This document shows positions 1 through 9,265 of a DNA stretch of 64,000 bases, one piece after another. Under the pieces are notes generated by a model that was given only the letters and a program-made list of their open reading frames with translations, made no database searches and was not told the DNA's origin. The stretch is taken from the sequence record PZ452582.1; one strand, given 5' to 3'. Positions within the stretch are counted from its first letter, which is position 1; each line of letters begins with the position of its first letter. Source of the stretch: a phage. Both the position numbers and the translations under genes were made by a program.

Positions 1-923
1 AGAAATATCGTCCATCTACTATCGATGAATGTATTCTTCCCGCCTTTGATAAAGAAACCTTTAAATCTATTACAAGTAAAGGTAAGATTCCACATATTAT
101 TCTTCATTCTCCTTCTCCAGGAACAGGTAAAACAACTGTAGCAAAAGCATTGTGTCATGATGTAAATGCTGATATGATGTTTGTGAATGGATCAGATTGT
201 AAAATTGATTTCGTTCGTGGTCCTTTGACTAATTTTGCCAGTGCAGCTTCATTTGATGGTCGTCAAAAAGTAATCGTTATTGATGAATTTGACCGCTCAG
301 GGTTAGCAGAGTCTCAGCGACATCTTCGTTCCTTTATGGAAGCTTATAGTTCAAACTGTAGTATTATTATTACTGCTAACAATATTGATGGTATTATTAA
401 ACCGCTTCAGTCACGCTGCCGAGTTATTACGTTCGGTCAACCGACCGATGAAGATAAAATTGAAATGATGAAGCAGATGATTCGTCGATTGACTGAAATC
501 TGCAAGCATGAAGGAATTGCTATAGCTGATATGAAAGTTGTAGCAGCTTTGGTTAAAAAGAATTTTCCTGATTTTCGTAAAACTATTGGCGAGCTCGATA
601 GTTATTCATCTAAAGGTGTTTTGGATGCTGGTATTTTATCACTGGTTACTAACGATCGTGGTGCTATTGATGATGTTCTTGAGTCTCTCAAAAATAAAGA
701 TGTTAAACAACTCAGAGCTTTAGCACCAAAATATGCAGCCGATTATTCGTGGTTCGTGGGTAAACTTGCCGAAGAAATCTATTCACGTGTAACTCCACAG
801 AGTATTATTCGTATGTACGAAATTGTCGGCGAAAATAATCAGTATCATGGTATTGCAGCTAATACTGAATTGCATCTAGCTTATCTTTTCATTCAATTAG
901 CATGCGAAATGCAGTGGAAGTGA
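1..923 (+). CDS. 44: Clamp-loader large subunit gp44 (5' partial, runs off window start)
   Basis: Frame open from nt 3; Walker [11 protein letters not shown] near the start; translation matches remembered T4 gp44; followed by 62 and regA. Confidence 0.9.
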   Translation, partial: KYRPSTIDECILPAFDKETFKSITSKGKIPHIILHSPSPGTGKTTVAKALCHDVNADMMFVNGSDCKIDFVRGPLTNFASAASFDGRQKVIVIDEFDRSGLAESQRHLRSFMEAYSSNCSIIITANNIDGIIKPLQSRCRVITFGQPTDEDKIEMMKQMIRRLTEICKHEGIAIADMKVVAALVKKNFPDFRKTIGELDSYSSKGVLDAGILSLVTNDRGAIDDVLESLKNKDVKQLRALAPKYAADYSWFVGKLAEEIYSRVTPQSIIRMYEIVGENNQYHGIAANTELHLAYLFIQLACEMQWK

Positions 924-924
924 T

Positions 925-1488
925 ATGAGCTTATTTGAAGATGATATTCAATTAAACGAGCATCAAGTTGCTTGGTATTCTAAAGATTGGACAGCTGTCC
1001 AATCTGCTGCTGATACTTTTAAAGAAAAAGCTGAAAATGAATTTTTTGAAATAATTGGAGCTATTAATAATAAAACTAAATGCTCTATTGCTCAAAAAGA
1101 TTATTCAAAATTCATGGTTGAAAATGCATTATCACAATTTCCAGAGTGCATGCCAGCTGTATATGCTATGAATTTAATTGGATCAGGCTTAAGTGATGAA
1201 GCTCATTTTAATTATCTAATGGCTGCAGTTCCTCGTGGTAAAAGATATGGTAAATGGGCAAAACTAGTTGAAGATTCCACCGAAGTATTGATTATTAAGT
1301 TACTTGCTAAGCGGTATCAAGTTAATACAAATGATGCAATTAACTATAAATCAATTCTTACTAAAAATGGAAAACTACCTTTAGTATTAAAAGAACTTAA
1401 AGGATTAGTCACGGATGATTTTTTAAAAGAAGTGACTAAGAACGTAAAAGAACAGAAACAACTCAAAAAACTAGCATTGGAATGGTAA
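925..1488 (+). CDS. 62: Clamp-loader small subunit gp62
   Basis: 187 aa, same as T4 gp62; start abuts gene 44 stop; synteny 44-62-regA-43. Confidence 0.85.
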   Translation: MSLFEDDIQLNEHQVAWYSKDWTAVQSAADTFKEKAENEFFEIIGAINNKTKCSIAQKDYSKFMVENALSQFPECMPAVYAMNLIGSGLSDEAHFNYLMAAVPRGKRYGKWAKLVEDSTEVLIIKLLAKRYQVNTNDAINYKSILTKNGKLPLVLKELKGLVTDDFLKEVTKNVKEQKQLKKLALEW

Positions 1489-1489
1489 A

Positions 1490-1858
1490 ATGATTGAAAT
1501 TACTCTTAAAAAACCTGAAGATTTTCTGAAAGTAAAAGAAACTTTGACTCGTATGGGAATTGCTAATAATAAAGATAAAGTTCTGTATCAGTCCTGTCAT
1601 ATTCTTCAGAAAAAAGGACTATACTATATCGTTCATTTTAAAGAAATGCTTCGTATGGATGGTCGCCAAGTTGAAATGACAGAAGAAGATGAAGTTCGTC
1701 GTGATTCGATTGCATGGCTGTTAGAAGATTGGGGACTGATTGAAATCGTTCCTGGTCAAAGAACTTTTATGAAAGATTTAACTAATAACTTCCGAGTTAT
1801 TTCTTTTAAACAAAAACATGAATGGAAACTCGTTCCTAAATATACGATTGGTAATTAA
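1490..1858 (+). CDS. regA: RegA translational repressor
   Basis: 122 aa, matches remembered T4 RegA; position between 62 and 43. Confidence 0.9.
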   Translation: MIEITLKKPEDFLKVKETLTRMGIANNKDKVLYQSCHILQKKGLYYIVHFKEMLRMDGRQVEMTEEDEVRRDSIAWLLEDWGLIEIVPGQRTFMKDLTNNFRVISFKQKHEWKLVPKYTIGN

Positions 1859-1859
1859 T

Positions 1860-2081
1860 ATGACTGCTATAACTCCACAAGAATACATGGCGTCTCTTAA
1901 AGAAAAATATAATCTTTCTGCGACAGAAACACTTTTTGATTTACCAGAAAACCTCCAACTAAAATTTCAAGTAGAATTTCAAAAACTAGTTCACCCAGAA
2001 CAAAAACATTTTACTGCAGTCATTAAGTCAATTAATGCAGATGGATTGACAATTTTCACCCGGCAAATAGTACTAATTTAA
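1860..2081 (+). CDS. Hypothetical small protein (73 aa)
   Basis: ATG directly after regA stop; ORF ends just before a hairpin terminator; track ORF 1818 start overlaps regA so the 1860 ATG is preferred. Confidence 0.4.
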   Translation: MTAITPQEYMASLKEKYNLSATETLFDLPENLQLKFQVEFQKLVHPEQKHFTAVIKSINADGLTIFTRQIVLI

Positions 2082-2083
2082 GC

Positions 2084-2105
2084 AGGGGCTTCGGCCCCTT
2101 ATTTG
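2084..2105 (+). terminator. Rho-independent terminator hairpin (GGGGC-TTCG-GCCCC) plus T-rich tail
   Basis: Perfect 5-bp GC stem with TTCG tetraloop followed by TTATTT. Confidence 0.6.
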
Positions 2106-2122
2106 GAGTATAATATATCAAG

Positions 2123-2158
2123 AGCCTAATAACTCGGGCTATAAACTAAGGAATATCT
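2123..2158 (+). promoter_or_regulatory. Gene 43 translational operator (5-bp stem, 8-nt loop hairpin next to SD)
   Basis: AGCCT-AATAACTC-GGGCT hairpin directly 5' of AAGGAA SD and the gp43 ATG; matches the known gp43 autoregulatory operator architecture. Confidence 0.6.
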
Positions 2159-4855
2159 ATGAAAGAATTTTATATCTCTATTGAAACAGTCGGAAATAAC
2201 ATTGTTGAACGTTATATTGATGAAAACGGAAAGGAACGTACTCGTGAAGTAGAATATCTTCCGACTATGTTTAGGCATTGTAAGGAAGAGTCAAAATACA
2301 AAGACATCTATGGTAAAAACTGCGCTCCTCAAAAATTTCCATCAATGAAAGATGCTCGAGATTGGATGAAGCGAATGGAAGACATCGGTCTCGAAGCTCT
2401 CGGTATGAACGATTTTAAACTCGCTTATATCAGTGATACATATGGTTCAGAAATTGTTTATGACCGAAAATTTGTTCGTGTAGCTAACTGTGACATTGAG
2501 GTTACTGGTGATAAATTTCCTGACCCAATGAAAGCTGAATATGAAATTGATGCTATCACTCATTACGATTCAATTGATGATCGTTTTTATGTTTTCGACC
2601 TTTTGAATTCAATGTATGGTTCAGTATCAAAATGGGATGCAAAGTTAGCTGCTAAGCTTGACTGTGAAGGTGGTGATGAAGTTCCTCAAGAAATTCTTGA
2701 CCGAGTAATTTATATGCCATTCGATAACGAGCGTGATATGCTCATGGAATATATCAATCTCTGGGAACAGAAACGACCTGCTATTTTTACTGGTTGGAAT
2801 ATTGAGGGATTTGACGTTCCGTATATCATGAATCGCGTTAAAATGGTTCTCGGTGAACGTAGTATGAAACGCTTCTCTCCAATCGGTCGAGTAAAATCTA
2901 AACTAATTCAAAATATGTACGGTAGCAAAGAAATTTATTCTATTGATGGCGTATCTATTCTTGATTATTTAGATTTGTACAAGAAATTCGCTTTTACTAA
3001 TTTGCCGTCATTCTCTTTGGAATCAGTTGCTCAACATGAAACCAAAAAAGGTAAATTACCATATGATGGCCCTATTAATAAACTTCGTGAGACTAATCAT
3101 CAACGATACATTAGTTATAACATCATTGACGTAGAATCAGTTCAAGCAATTGATAAAATTCGCGGGTTTATCGATCTAGTTTTAAGTATGTCTTATTATG
3201 CTAAAATGCCTTTTTCTGGTGTAATGAGTCCTATTAAAACTTGGGATGCTATTATTTTTAACTCATTGAAAGGTGAACATAAGGTTATTCCTCAACAAGG
3301 TTCGCATGTTAAACAGAGTTTTCCGGGTGCATTTGTGTTTGAACCTAAACCAATTGCTCGTCGATATATTATGAGTTTTGACTTGACGTCTCTGTATCCG
3401 AGCATTATTCGTCAGGTTAACATTAGTCCTGAGACTATTCGTGGTCAGTTTAAAGTTCATCCAATTCATGAATATATCGCAGGAACAGCTCCTAAACCAA
3501 GTGATGAATATTCTTGTTCTCCGAATGGATGGATGTATGATAAGCATCAAGAAGGTATCATTCCAAAGGAAATCGCTAAAGTATTTTTCCAGCGTAAAGA
3601 TTGGAAAAAGAAAATGTTCGCTGAAGAAATGAATGCCGAAGCTATTAAAAAGATTATTATGAAAGGCGCAGGGTCTTGTTCAACTAAACCTGAAGTTGAA
3701 CGATATGTTAAGTTCAGTGATGATTTCTTAAATGAATTATCGAATTACACTGAATCTGTTCTTAATAGTCTGATCGAAGAATGTGAAAAAGCAGCTACAC
3801 TTGCTAACACAAATCAGCTGAACCGTAAAATTCTTATTAACAGTCTTTATGGTGCTCTTGGTAATATTCATTTCCGTTACTATGATTTGCGAAATGCTAC
3901 TGCTATCACAATTTTCGGCCAAGTTGGTATTCAGTGGATTGCTCGTAAAATTAATGAATATCTGAATAAAGTATGCGGAACTAATGGCGAAGATTTCATT
4001 GCAGCAGGTGATACTGATTCGGTATATGTTTGTGTAGATAAAGTTATTGAAAAAGTTGGTCTTGACCGATTCAAAGAGCAGAACGATTTAGTTGAATTCA
4101 TGAATCAGTTCGGTAAGAAAAAAATGGAACCGATGATTGATGTTGCATATCGTGAGTTATGTGATTATATGAATAACCGCGAGCATCTGATGCATATGGA
4201 CCGTGAAGCTATTTCTTGCCCTCCGCTTGGTTCAAAGGGTGTCGGTGGATTTTGGAAAGCGAAAAAGCGTTATGCTCTGAACGTTTATGATATGGAAGAT
4301 AAGCGATTTGCTGAACCGCATCTAAAAATCATGGGTATGGAAACTCAGCAAAGTTCAACGCCTAAAGCGGTTCAAGAAGCTCTCGAAGAAAGTATTCGTC
4401 GTATTCTTCAGGAAGGTGAAGAGTCTGTCCAAGAATATTACAAAAACTTCGAGAAAGAATATCGTCAACTTGACTATAAAGTTATTGCTGAAGTAAAAAC
4501 TGCGAACGATATAGCGAAATATGATGATAAAGGTTGGCCAGGATTTAAATGCCCGTTCCATATTCGTGGGGTGCTAACTTATCGTCGAGCTGTTAGCGGT
4601 TTAGGTGTAGCTCCAATTTTGGATGGAAATAAAGTAATGGTTCTTCCATTGCGTGAAGGAAATCCATTTGGTGACAAGTGCATTGCTTGGCCGTCGGGTA
4701 CAGAACTTCCAAAAGAAATTCGTTCTGACGTACTGTCTTGGATTGACTACTCAACTTTGTTCCAAAAATCGTTTGTTAAACCGCTTGCAGGCATGTGTGA
4801 ATCGGCTGGTATGGACTATGAAGAAAAAGCTTCGTTAGACTTCCTGTTTGGCTGA
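2159..4855 (+). CDS. 43: DNA polymerase gp43 (family B)
   Basis: 898 aa, same as T4 gp43; exonuclease and polymerase motifs (DTDS, YGDTDS-like GDTDSVY) visible; synteny. Confidence 0.95.
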   Translation: MKEFYISIETVGNNIVERYIDENGKERTREVEYLPTMFRHCKEESKYKDIYGKNCAPQKFPSMKDARDWMKRMEDIGLEALGMNDFKLAYISDTYGSEIVYDRKFVRVANCDIEVTGDKFPDPMKAEYEIDAITHYDSIDDRFYVFDLLNSMYGSVSKWDAKLAAKLDCEGGDEVPQEILDRVIYMPFDNERDMLMEYINLWEQKRPAIFTGWNIEGFDVPYIMNRVKMVLGERSMKRFSPIGRVKSKLIQNMYGSKEIYSIDGVSILDYLDLYKKFAFTNLPSFSLESVAQHETKKGKLPYDGPINKLRETNHQRYISYNIIDVESVQAIDKIRGFIDLVLSMSYYAKMPFSGVMSPIKTWDAIIFNSLKGEHKVIPQQGSHVKQSFPGAFVFEPKPIARRYIMSFDLTSLYPSIIRQVNISPETIRGQFKVHPIHEYIAGTAPKPSDEYSCSPNGWMYDKHQEGIIPKEIAKVFFQRKDWKKKMFAEEMNAEAIKKIIMKGAGSCSTKPEVERYVKFSDDFLNELSNYTESVLNSLIEECEKAATLANTNQLNRKILINSLYGALGNIHFRYYDLRNATAITIFGQVGIQWIARKINEYLNKVCGTNGEDFIAAGDTDSVYVCVDKVIEKVGLDRFKEQNDLVEFMNQFGKKKMEPMIDVAYRELCDYMNNREHLMHMDREAISCPPLGSKGVGGFWKAKKRYALNVYDMEDKRFAEPHLKIMGMETQQSSTPKAVQEALEESIRRILQEGEESVQEYYKNFEKEYRQLDYKVIAEVKTANDIAKYDDKGWPGFKCPFHIRGVLTYRRAVSGLGVAPILDGNKVMVLPLREGNPFGDKCIAWPSGTELPKEIRSDVLSWIDYSTLFQKSFVKPLAGMCESAGMDYEEKASLDFLFG

Positions 4856-4867
4856 TAGAATAAATCT

Positions 4868-4890
4868 AGGGACCTCCGGGTCCCTTTTTC
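4868..4890 (+). terminator. Rho-independent terminator (AGGGACC-TCCG-GGTCCCT, T5)
   Basis: 7-bp stem followed by TTTTT just after gp43 stop. Confidence 0.7.
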
Positions 4891-4971
4891 ATACAAGTAA
4901 TATAAATCTATACTTATGAAAAACAGATGATTCTGGACCTTTAGAATTCCCTAAAAAATTTTCACAAAACT

Positions 4972-5001
4972 GTTTACAAGACTGTTCTTCCATGGTACTA
5001 T
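4972..5001 (+). promoter_or_regulatory. T4-type early promoter (GTTTAC -35, TGGTACTAT extended -10)
   Basis: GTTTAC at 4972-4977, 18-nt spacer, TACTAT at 4996-5001; same cassette recurs at several other sites. Confidence 0.6.
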
Positions 5002-5038
5002 ACAACTATCAACTACTGATACAGATTTGGAGAATAAA

Positions 5039-5275
5039 ATGAAAATTGTTATGGGATGCTTAGCAGTTTGTTTAGTTGCATTAGCAGCAGTTCCATTTGT
5101 TAGTGTTGAAAATGATACTCAACCTGCGATTGAATCTAGCACCGTTATTCACACTAATGGTAAAATATCAGTTAAAATTGATGATAATCTTCATGTGAAT
5201 ACAAATGGATCTTTAGGTGTGCAAATGGGTAATACCTGCATAAGCACTACTGGAGTAATTACTACTTGCATTTGA
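5039..5275 (+). CDS. Small secreted protein (signal peptide), function unknown
   Basis: GGAGA RBS 5 nt upstream of ATG; N-terminal hydrophobic signal MKIVMGCLAVCLVALAAVPF. Confidence 0.55.
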   Translation: MKIVMGCLAVCLVALAAVPFVSVENDTQPAIESSTVIHTNGKISVKIDDNLHVNTNGSLGVQMGNTCISTTGVITTCI

Positions 5276-5285
5276 GGAAATTATT

Positions 5286-5666
5286 ATGAAAATCGCTATT
5301 TTGGTTATTGCATTAGGTCTTACTGGTTGTGTAGCTCAAGGACCGGTAGTAAATCAGTCTGATGTAGGAAAAATTGTAAACTGTTCAAGCAAATTTTATA
5401 ATCCTAATGTCAAGTGTTATAAAGAAGCTCCAAAGCAAACAGTAGAACAAATGCAGGCGAATTTTGACGAAGCTATTCGTCCAGATGAATCTGCTCAAGC
5501 ATATCGTAATTCGGATGTAATTACACGCGAAGAAAAAATTGAAAATTACTGCGCCGAGCTTTGGGCTAATTGGGCTAATAATTACCAATGGCGTACTGGT
5601 AAAAATGCTCCGATGGAGTATGTAGTGAATTCTTATAATTCATGTGTAAAAAATTTGACTAAGTGA
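5286..5666 (+). CDS. Putative lipoprotein (LTGC lipobox), function unknown
   Basis: N-terminus MKIAILVIALGLTGC is a type II signal peptide with lipobox cysteine. Confidence 0.55.
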   Translation: MKIAILVIALGLTGCVAQGPVVNQSDVGKIVNCSSKFYNPNVKCYKEAPKQTVEQMQANFDEAIRPDESAQAYRNSDVITREEKIENYCAELWANWANNYQWRTGKNAPMEYVVNSYNSCVKNLTK

Positions 5667-5673
5667 GGAAAAT

Positions 5674-5988
5674 ATGGAAACTTTAGTAGCAGGTTCAATT
5701 TTTATGGTTTTAGTTTCAGGTGTGTTGGCTATTATTATATACATGCTTCCATGGTTTATTGCTTTGATGCGTGGGTCAAAATCGACAGTAGGAATCTTTT
5801 TCACATCTTTACTGTTTAACTGGTCAATTATTGGTTGGTTTATTACATTTATTTGGTCAATTGCGGGTGAAACTAAAAAGTCTGCACAACCAAATCAGGT
5901 AATTATCATCAGAGAGAGAAGGAATGAAAAGCAAAATTATAGCAGTGTTGCTTTTAATCTTGATGATTATAATAAGTATATACTATAG
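5674..5988 (+). CDS. imm: Imm-like superinfection immunity membrane protein
   Basis: Two predicted TM helices; sits between 43 and 42 where T4 imm lies; 104 aa, whereas T4 Imm is recalled as 83 aa, so the end is uncertain. Confidence 0.55.
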   Translation: METLVAGSIFMVLVSGVLAIIIYMLPWFIALMRGSKSTVGIFFTSLLFNWSIIGWFITFIWSIAGETKKSAQPNQVIIIRERRNEKQNYSSVAFNLDDYNKYIL

Positions 5989-6073
5989 TGTAACGGTTCC
6001 TCTTATGATTCCGACTATTATTTTAGGTTGGAGCTTATTACTGTTACAAGTTAAATATGAATGTATCAATTGA
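5924..6073 (+). CDS. Small hydrophobic membrane protein (49 aa), out-of-frame overlap with imm-like ORF
   Basis: ATG preceded by GAGAAGGA; strongly hydrophobic MKSKIIAVLLLILMIIIS; below the 60-aa track cutoff. Confidence 0.35.
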   Translation: MKSKIIAVLLLILMIIISIYYSVTVPLMIPTIILGWSLLLLQVKYECIN

Positions 6074-6080
6074 GGTTTAA

Positions 6081-6821
6081 ATGATTAGTGACTCTATGAC
6101 AGTTGAAGAAATCCGTCTTCATTTGGGGCTTGCATTAAAAGAAAAAGATTTCGTAGTTGATAAAACCGGTGTTAAAACTATTGAAATTATTGGCGCATCA
6201 TTTGTAGCAGATGAACCGTTTATTTTTGGTGCTCTTAATGATGAATACATTCAGCGTGAACTTGAATGGTATAAATCTAAGAGCTTGTTCGTTAAAGATA
6301 TTCCAGGTGAAACACCGAAGATTTGGCAACAAGTAGCATCTTCTAAAGGCGAAATTAACTCGAACTATGGTTGGGCTATTTGGTCAGAAGATAACTATGC
6401 CCAGTATGATATGTGTTTAGCTGAACTTGGTCAAAATCCTGATTCTCGACGTGGTATCATGATTTATACTCGTCCATCCATGCAATTTGACTACAATAAA
6501 GATGGTATGTCAGATTTCATGTGTACTAATACAGTACAGTACCTGATTCGTGATAAGAAAGTCAATGCAGTAGTAAGCATGCGCTCAAATGACGTGGTCT
6601 TCGGATTCCGTAATGATTATGCATGGCAAAAATACGTATTAGATAAATTAGTATCTGATTTGAATGCCGGCGATTCATCTCGTCAGTATAAAGCAGGTTC
6701 TATTATATGGAATGTCGGAAGTCTTCATGTATATTCTCGTCATTTTTACTTGGTTGATCATTGGTGGAATACTGGCGAAACTCATATTGTGAAAAAAGAC
6801 TATAAAGGTGAGTGGAAATGA
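6081..6821 (+). CDS. 42: dCMP hydroxymethylase gp42
   Basis: 246 aa, same as T4 gp42; thymidylate-synthase-like fold sequence recognised. Confidence 0.92.
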   Translation: MISDSMTVEEIRLHLGLALKEKDFVVDKTGVKTIEIIGASFVADEPFIFGALNDEYIQRELEWYKSKSLFVKDIPGETPKIWQQVASSKGEINSNYGWAIWSEDNYAQYDMCLAELGQNPDSRRGIMIYTRPSMQFDYNKDGMSDFMCTNTVQYLIRDKKVNAVVSMRSNDVVFGFRNDYAWQKYVLDKLVSDLNAGDSSRQYKAGSIIWNVGSLHVYSRHFYLVDHWWNTGETHIVKKDYKGEWK

Positions 6822-7660
6822 TTCAATTCGTAATTCCAAGTTATCAGCGTGTCAGGGCAGTTTCTGCCCTTGATATGTTTCCGACTGATTATGAACCGCA
6901 TATTGTAGTGCGTGAACATGAAGAAAAAGCTTATCATGACGCTTATGGGTCTAGAGCTAAAATTATAACTATTCCTGATGATGTAAACGGAATTGCCGGT
7001 ACTCGTAAAGCAATTACCGATATATATGCAGGTCAACGAATCTGGATGATTGACGATGATACTACTATTCGTATGAGTTCAATGCGAAAAAGAGATGATC
7101 GTCGTTGCGTAGATAAAGTCAATCAATTGACTCGTGAACAGTTCTATGAATTGATTCAATATGTTGAGGATGCCATGGATTGCGGGTATTATCATGGCCA
7201 TGCTCGTCTACCTATTTTTAAAATTACTTCATCTTGGGGTAATTATCGTGAAAATTCATATGGATTCACGAATACATGGTATGACCTCGGAAAACTTACG
7301 ACAGAACAAATTGGGTATGGAAAAATTGATTTATGCGAAGATATGTATGCATTTCTCAATTTAATTAATCAAGGTTATCCGCATTTGGCCTTGTTCAAAT
7401 ATCTAGTTGTATCTGGAAAAGCACAAGCTCCTGGCGGGTGCAGTTCAATTCGTAGTAATTCTAAACATAATAGAGCGCTTGAGCAGATTAATAGAGAGTT
7501 TCCAGAGCAAGCTCGTTGGAAAACTTCTAATATTGAAAAACGAAAATCGTTGGGTGAAGAAGACGAACCATTAAAGGTTCTTCGCATGTGCGTTTCACGT
7601 AAAGAAAAATCAGAAGCATTTCATAAGTTTAATGCTATTCATCCAATAGCAGTTGATTAA
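6818..7660 (+). CDS. Putative DNA-modifying glycosyltransferase at the beta-gt locus (GT-A-like, DxD)
   Basis: ATGA overlap with gene 42 stop; WMIDDDTT motif; does not resemble remembered T4 beta-gt (351 aa); could be a T2/T6-type beta-alpha glucosyltransferase. Confidence 0.5.
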   Translation: MIQFVIPSYQRVRAVSALDMFPTDYEPHIVVREHEEKAYHDAYGSRAKIITIPDDVNGIAGTRKAITDIYAGQRIWMIDDDTTIRMSSMRKRDDRRCVDKVNQLTREQFYELIQYVEDAMDCGYYHGHARLPIFKITSSWGNYRENSYGFTNTWYDLGKLTTEQIGYGKIDLCEDMYAFLNLINQGYPHLALFKYLVVSGKAQAPGGCSSIRSNSKHNRALEQINREFPEQARWKTSNIEKRKSLGEEDEPLKVLRMCVSRKEKSEAFHKFNAIHPIAVD

Positions 7661-7737
7661 TGCCTAAATTTATTGTGTTATAATTACTCTATCTTTAACC
7701 AGTGAGGAAAATATAATGATGCCTATGGAAAAAATGA

Positions 7738-8919
7738 ATGTCTATTGCAGATTTAAAATCCCGTTTGATTAAAGCTTCCACTTCTAAAATGACTGCTGAA
7801 CTGACTACATCTAAATTCTTTAATGAAAAGGATGTAATTCGTACAAAAATTCCAATGCTTAATATTGCTATTTCTGGTGCGATTGATGGCGGCATGCAGT
7901 CTGGTTTAACTATTTTCGCAGGGCCTTCTAAACACTTTAAATCAAATATGTCTTTGACTATGGTTGCGGCATATTTGAACAAATATCCTGACGCGGTTTG
8001 TCTATTCTATGATAGTGAATTTGGTATTACTCCAGCTTATTTGCGATCCATGGGAGTTGACCCGGAACGAGTAATTCATACGCCGATTCAGTCAGTTGAA
8101 CAGCTGAAAATTGATATGGTGAACCAGCTTGAAGCTATTGAGCGTGGTGAAAAGGTTATTGTATTCATCGACTCAATTGGTAATATGGCTTCTAAGAAAG
8201 AAACGGAAGATGCCTTGAATGAAAAATCTGTGGCAGATATGACTCGTGCTAAATCACTGAAGTCATTATTCCGTATTGTTACTCCTTACTTTAGCATTAA
8301 AAATATTCCATGTGTTGCGGTTAACCATACAATTGAAACAATTGAAATGTTTAGTAAAACCGTGATGACAGGTGGTACAGGCGTAATGTATTCGGCTGAT
8401 ACTGTATTCATTATCGGTAAGCGTCAGATTAAAGATGGTTCTGATCTTCAGGGGTATCAATTTGTTCTAAATGTAGAAAAATCTCGTACCGTTAAAGAAA
8501 AAAGTAAATTCTTTATTGATGTTAAATTTGACGGTGGTATCGATCCTTATTCTGGATTGTTAGATATGGCTCTAGAATTAGGATTTGTAGTAAAACCTAA
8601 AAATGGTTGGTATGCTCGTGAATTTCTTGACGAAGAAACCGGCGAGATGATTCGCGAAGAAAAATCTTGGCGTGCAAAAGATACTAACTGCACTACATTC
8701 TGGGGTCCTTTATTTAAGCATCAACCATTCCGAGATGCTATTAAGCGTGCTTATCAGTTAGGTGCTATTGATAGTAATGAAATTGTTGAAGCGGAAGTTG
8801 ATGAATTAATTAACTCAAAGGTTGAAAAATTTAAATCCTCAGAAAGTAAAAGTAAATCAGCAGCTGATTTAGAAACTGACCTCGAGCAGTTAAGTGATAT
8901 GGAAGAATTTAATGAATAA
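7738..8919 (+). CDS. uvsX: UvsX recombinase (RecA/Rad51 family)
   Basis: 393 aa; Walker A GPSKHFKS; near-identical to remembered T4 UvsX. Confidence 0.93.
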   Translation: MSIADLKSRLIKASTSKMTAELTTSKFFNEKDVIRTKIPMLNIAISGAIDGGMQSGLTIFAGPSKHFKSNMSLTMVAAYLNKYPDAVCLFYDSEFGITPAYLRSMGVDPERVIHTPIQSVEQLKIDMVNQLEAIERGEKVIVFIDSIGNMASKKETEDALNEKSVADMTRAKSLKSLFRIVTPYFSIKNIPCVAVNHTIETIEMFSKTVMTGGTGVMYSADTVFIIGKRQIKDGSDLQGYQFVLNVEKSRTVKEKSKFFIDVKFDGGIDPYSGLLDMALELGFVVKPKNGWYAREFLDEETGEMIREEKSWRAKDTNCTTFWGPLFKHQPFRDAIKRAYQLGAIDSNEIVEAEVDELINSKVEKFKSSESKSKSAADLETDLEQLSDMEEFNE

Positions 8920-9256
8920 AGATGATTTAGATTTAGATCTAGAAATTATCGATGAATCCCCCTCTTCGGAGGGGGAAGAAGAAAGAAAAGAACGTCTTTT
9001 TAATGAATCTCTTAAGATAATTAAATCTGCCATGGAAAATGTTATCCAGGAGATTGTCATTAAACTAGAAGATGGTTCTACACATATAGTGTATGTAACT
9101 AAACTGGATTGGGTTGATGGAAAGGTTGTAATGGACTTTGCTGTTCTTGACCAAGAAAGAAAAGCTGAGTTAGCTCCTCATGTAGAAAAATGTATTACAA
9201 TGCAACTACAAGATGCATTTAATAAAAGGTCAAAGAAAAAGTTTAAATTCTTTTAA
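8912..9256 (+). CDS. 40: gp40 head-vertex assembly chaperone
   Basis: ATG at 8912 preferred over GTG at 8894; position between uvsX and 41. Confidence 0.6.
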   Translation: MNKDDLDLDLEIIDESPSSEGEEERKERLFNESLKIIKSAMENVIQEIVIKLEDGSTHIVYVTKLDWVDGKVVMDFAVLDQERKAELAPHVEKCITMQLQDAFNKRSKKKFKFF

Positions 9257-9265
9257 GGAGTAAGT

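Noticed and set aside
1818-1859. Upstream extension of the post-regA ORF to the ATG at 1818
   Set aside because: It would overlap regA by 41 nt in another frame; the ATG at 1860 directly after the regA stop is more plausible
3263-3922. Track ORFs at 3263-3550 (-), 3441-3632 (+) and 3737-3922 (-) inside gene 43
   Set aside because: They lie wholly within the well-supported gp43 reading frame, are low-complexity and have no RBS, so they are spurious
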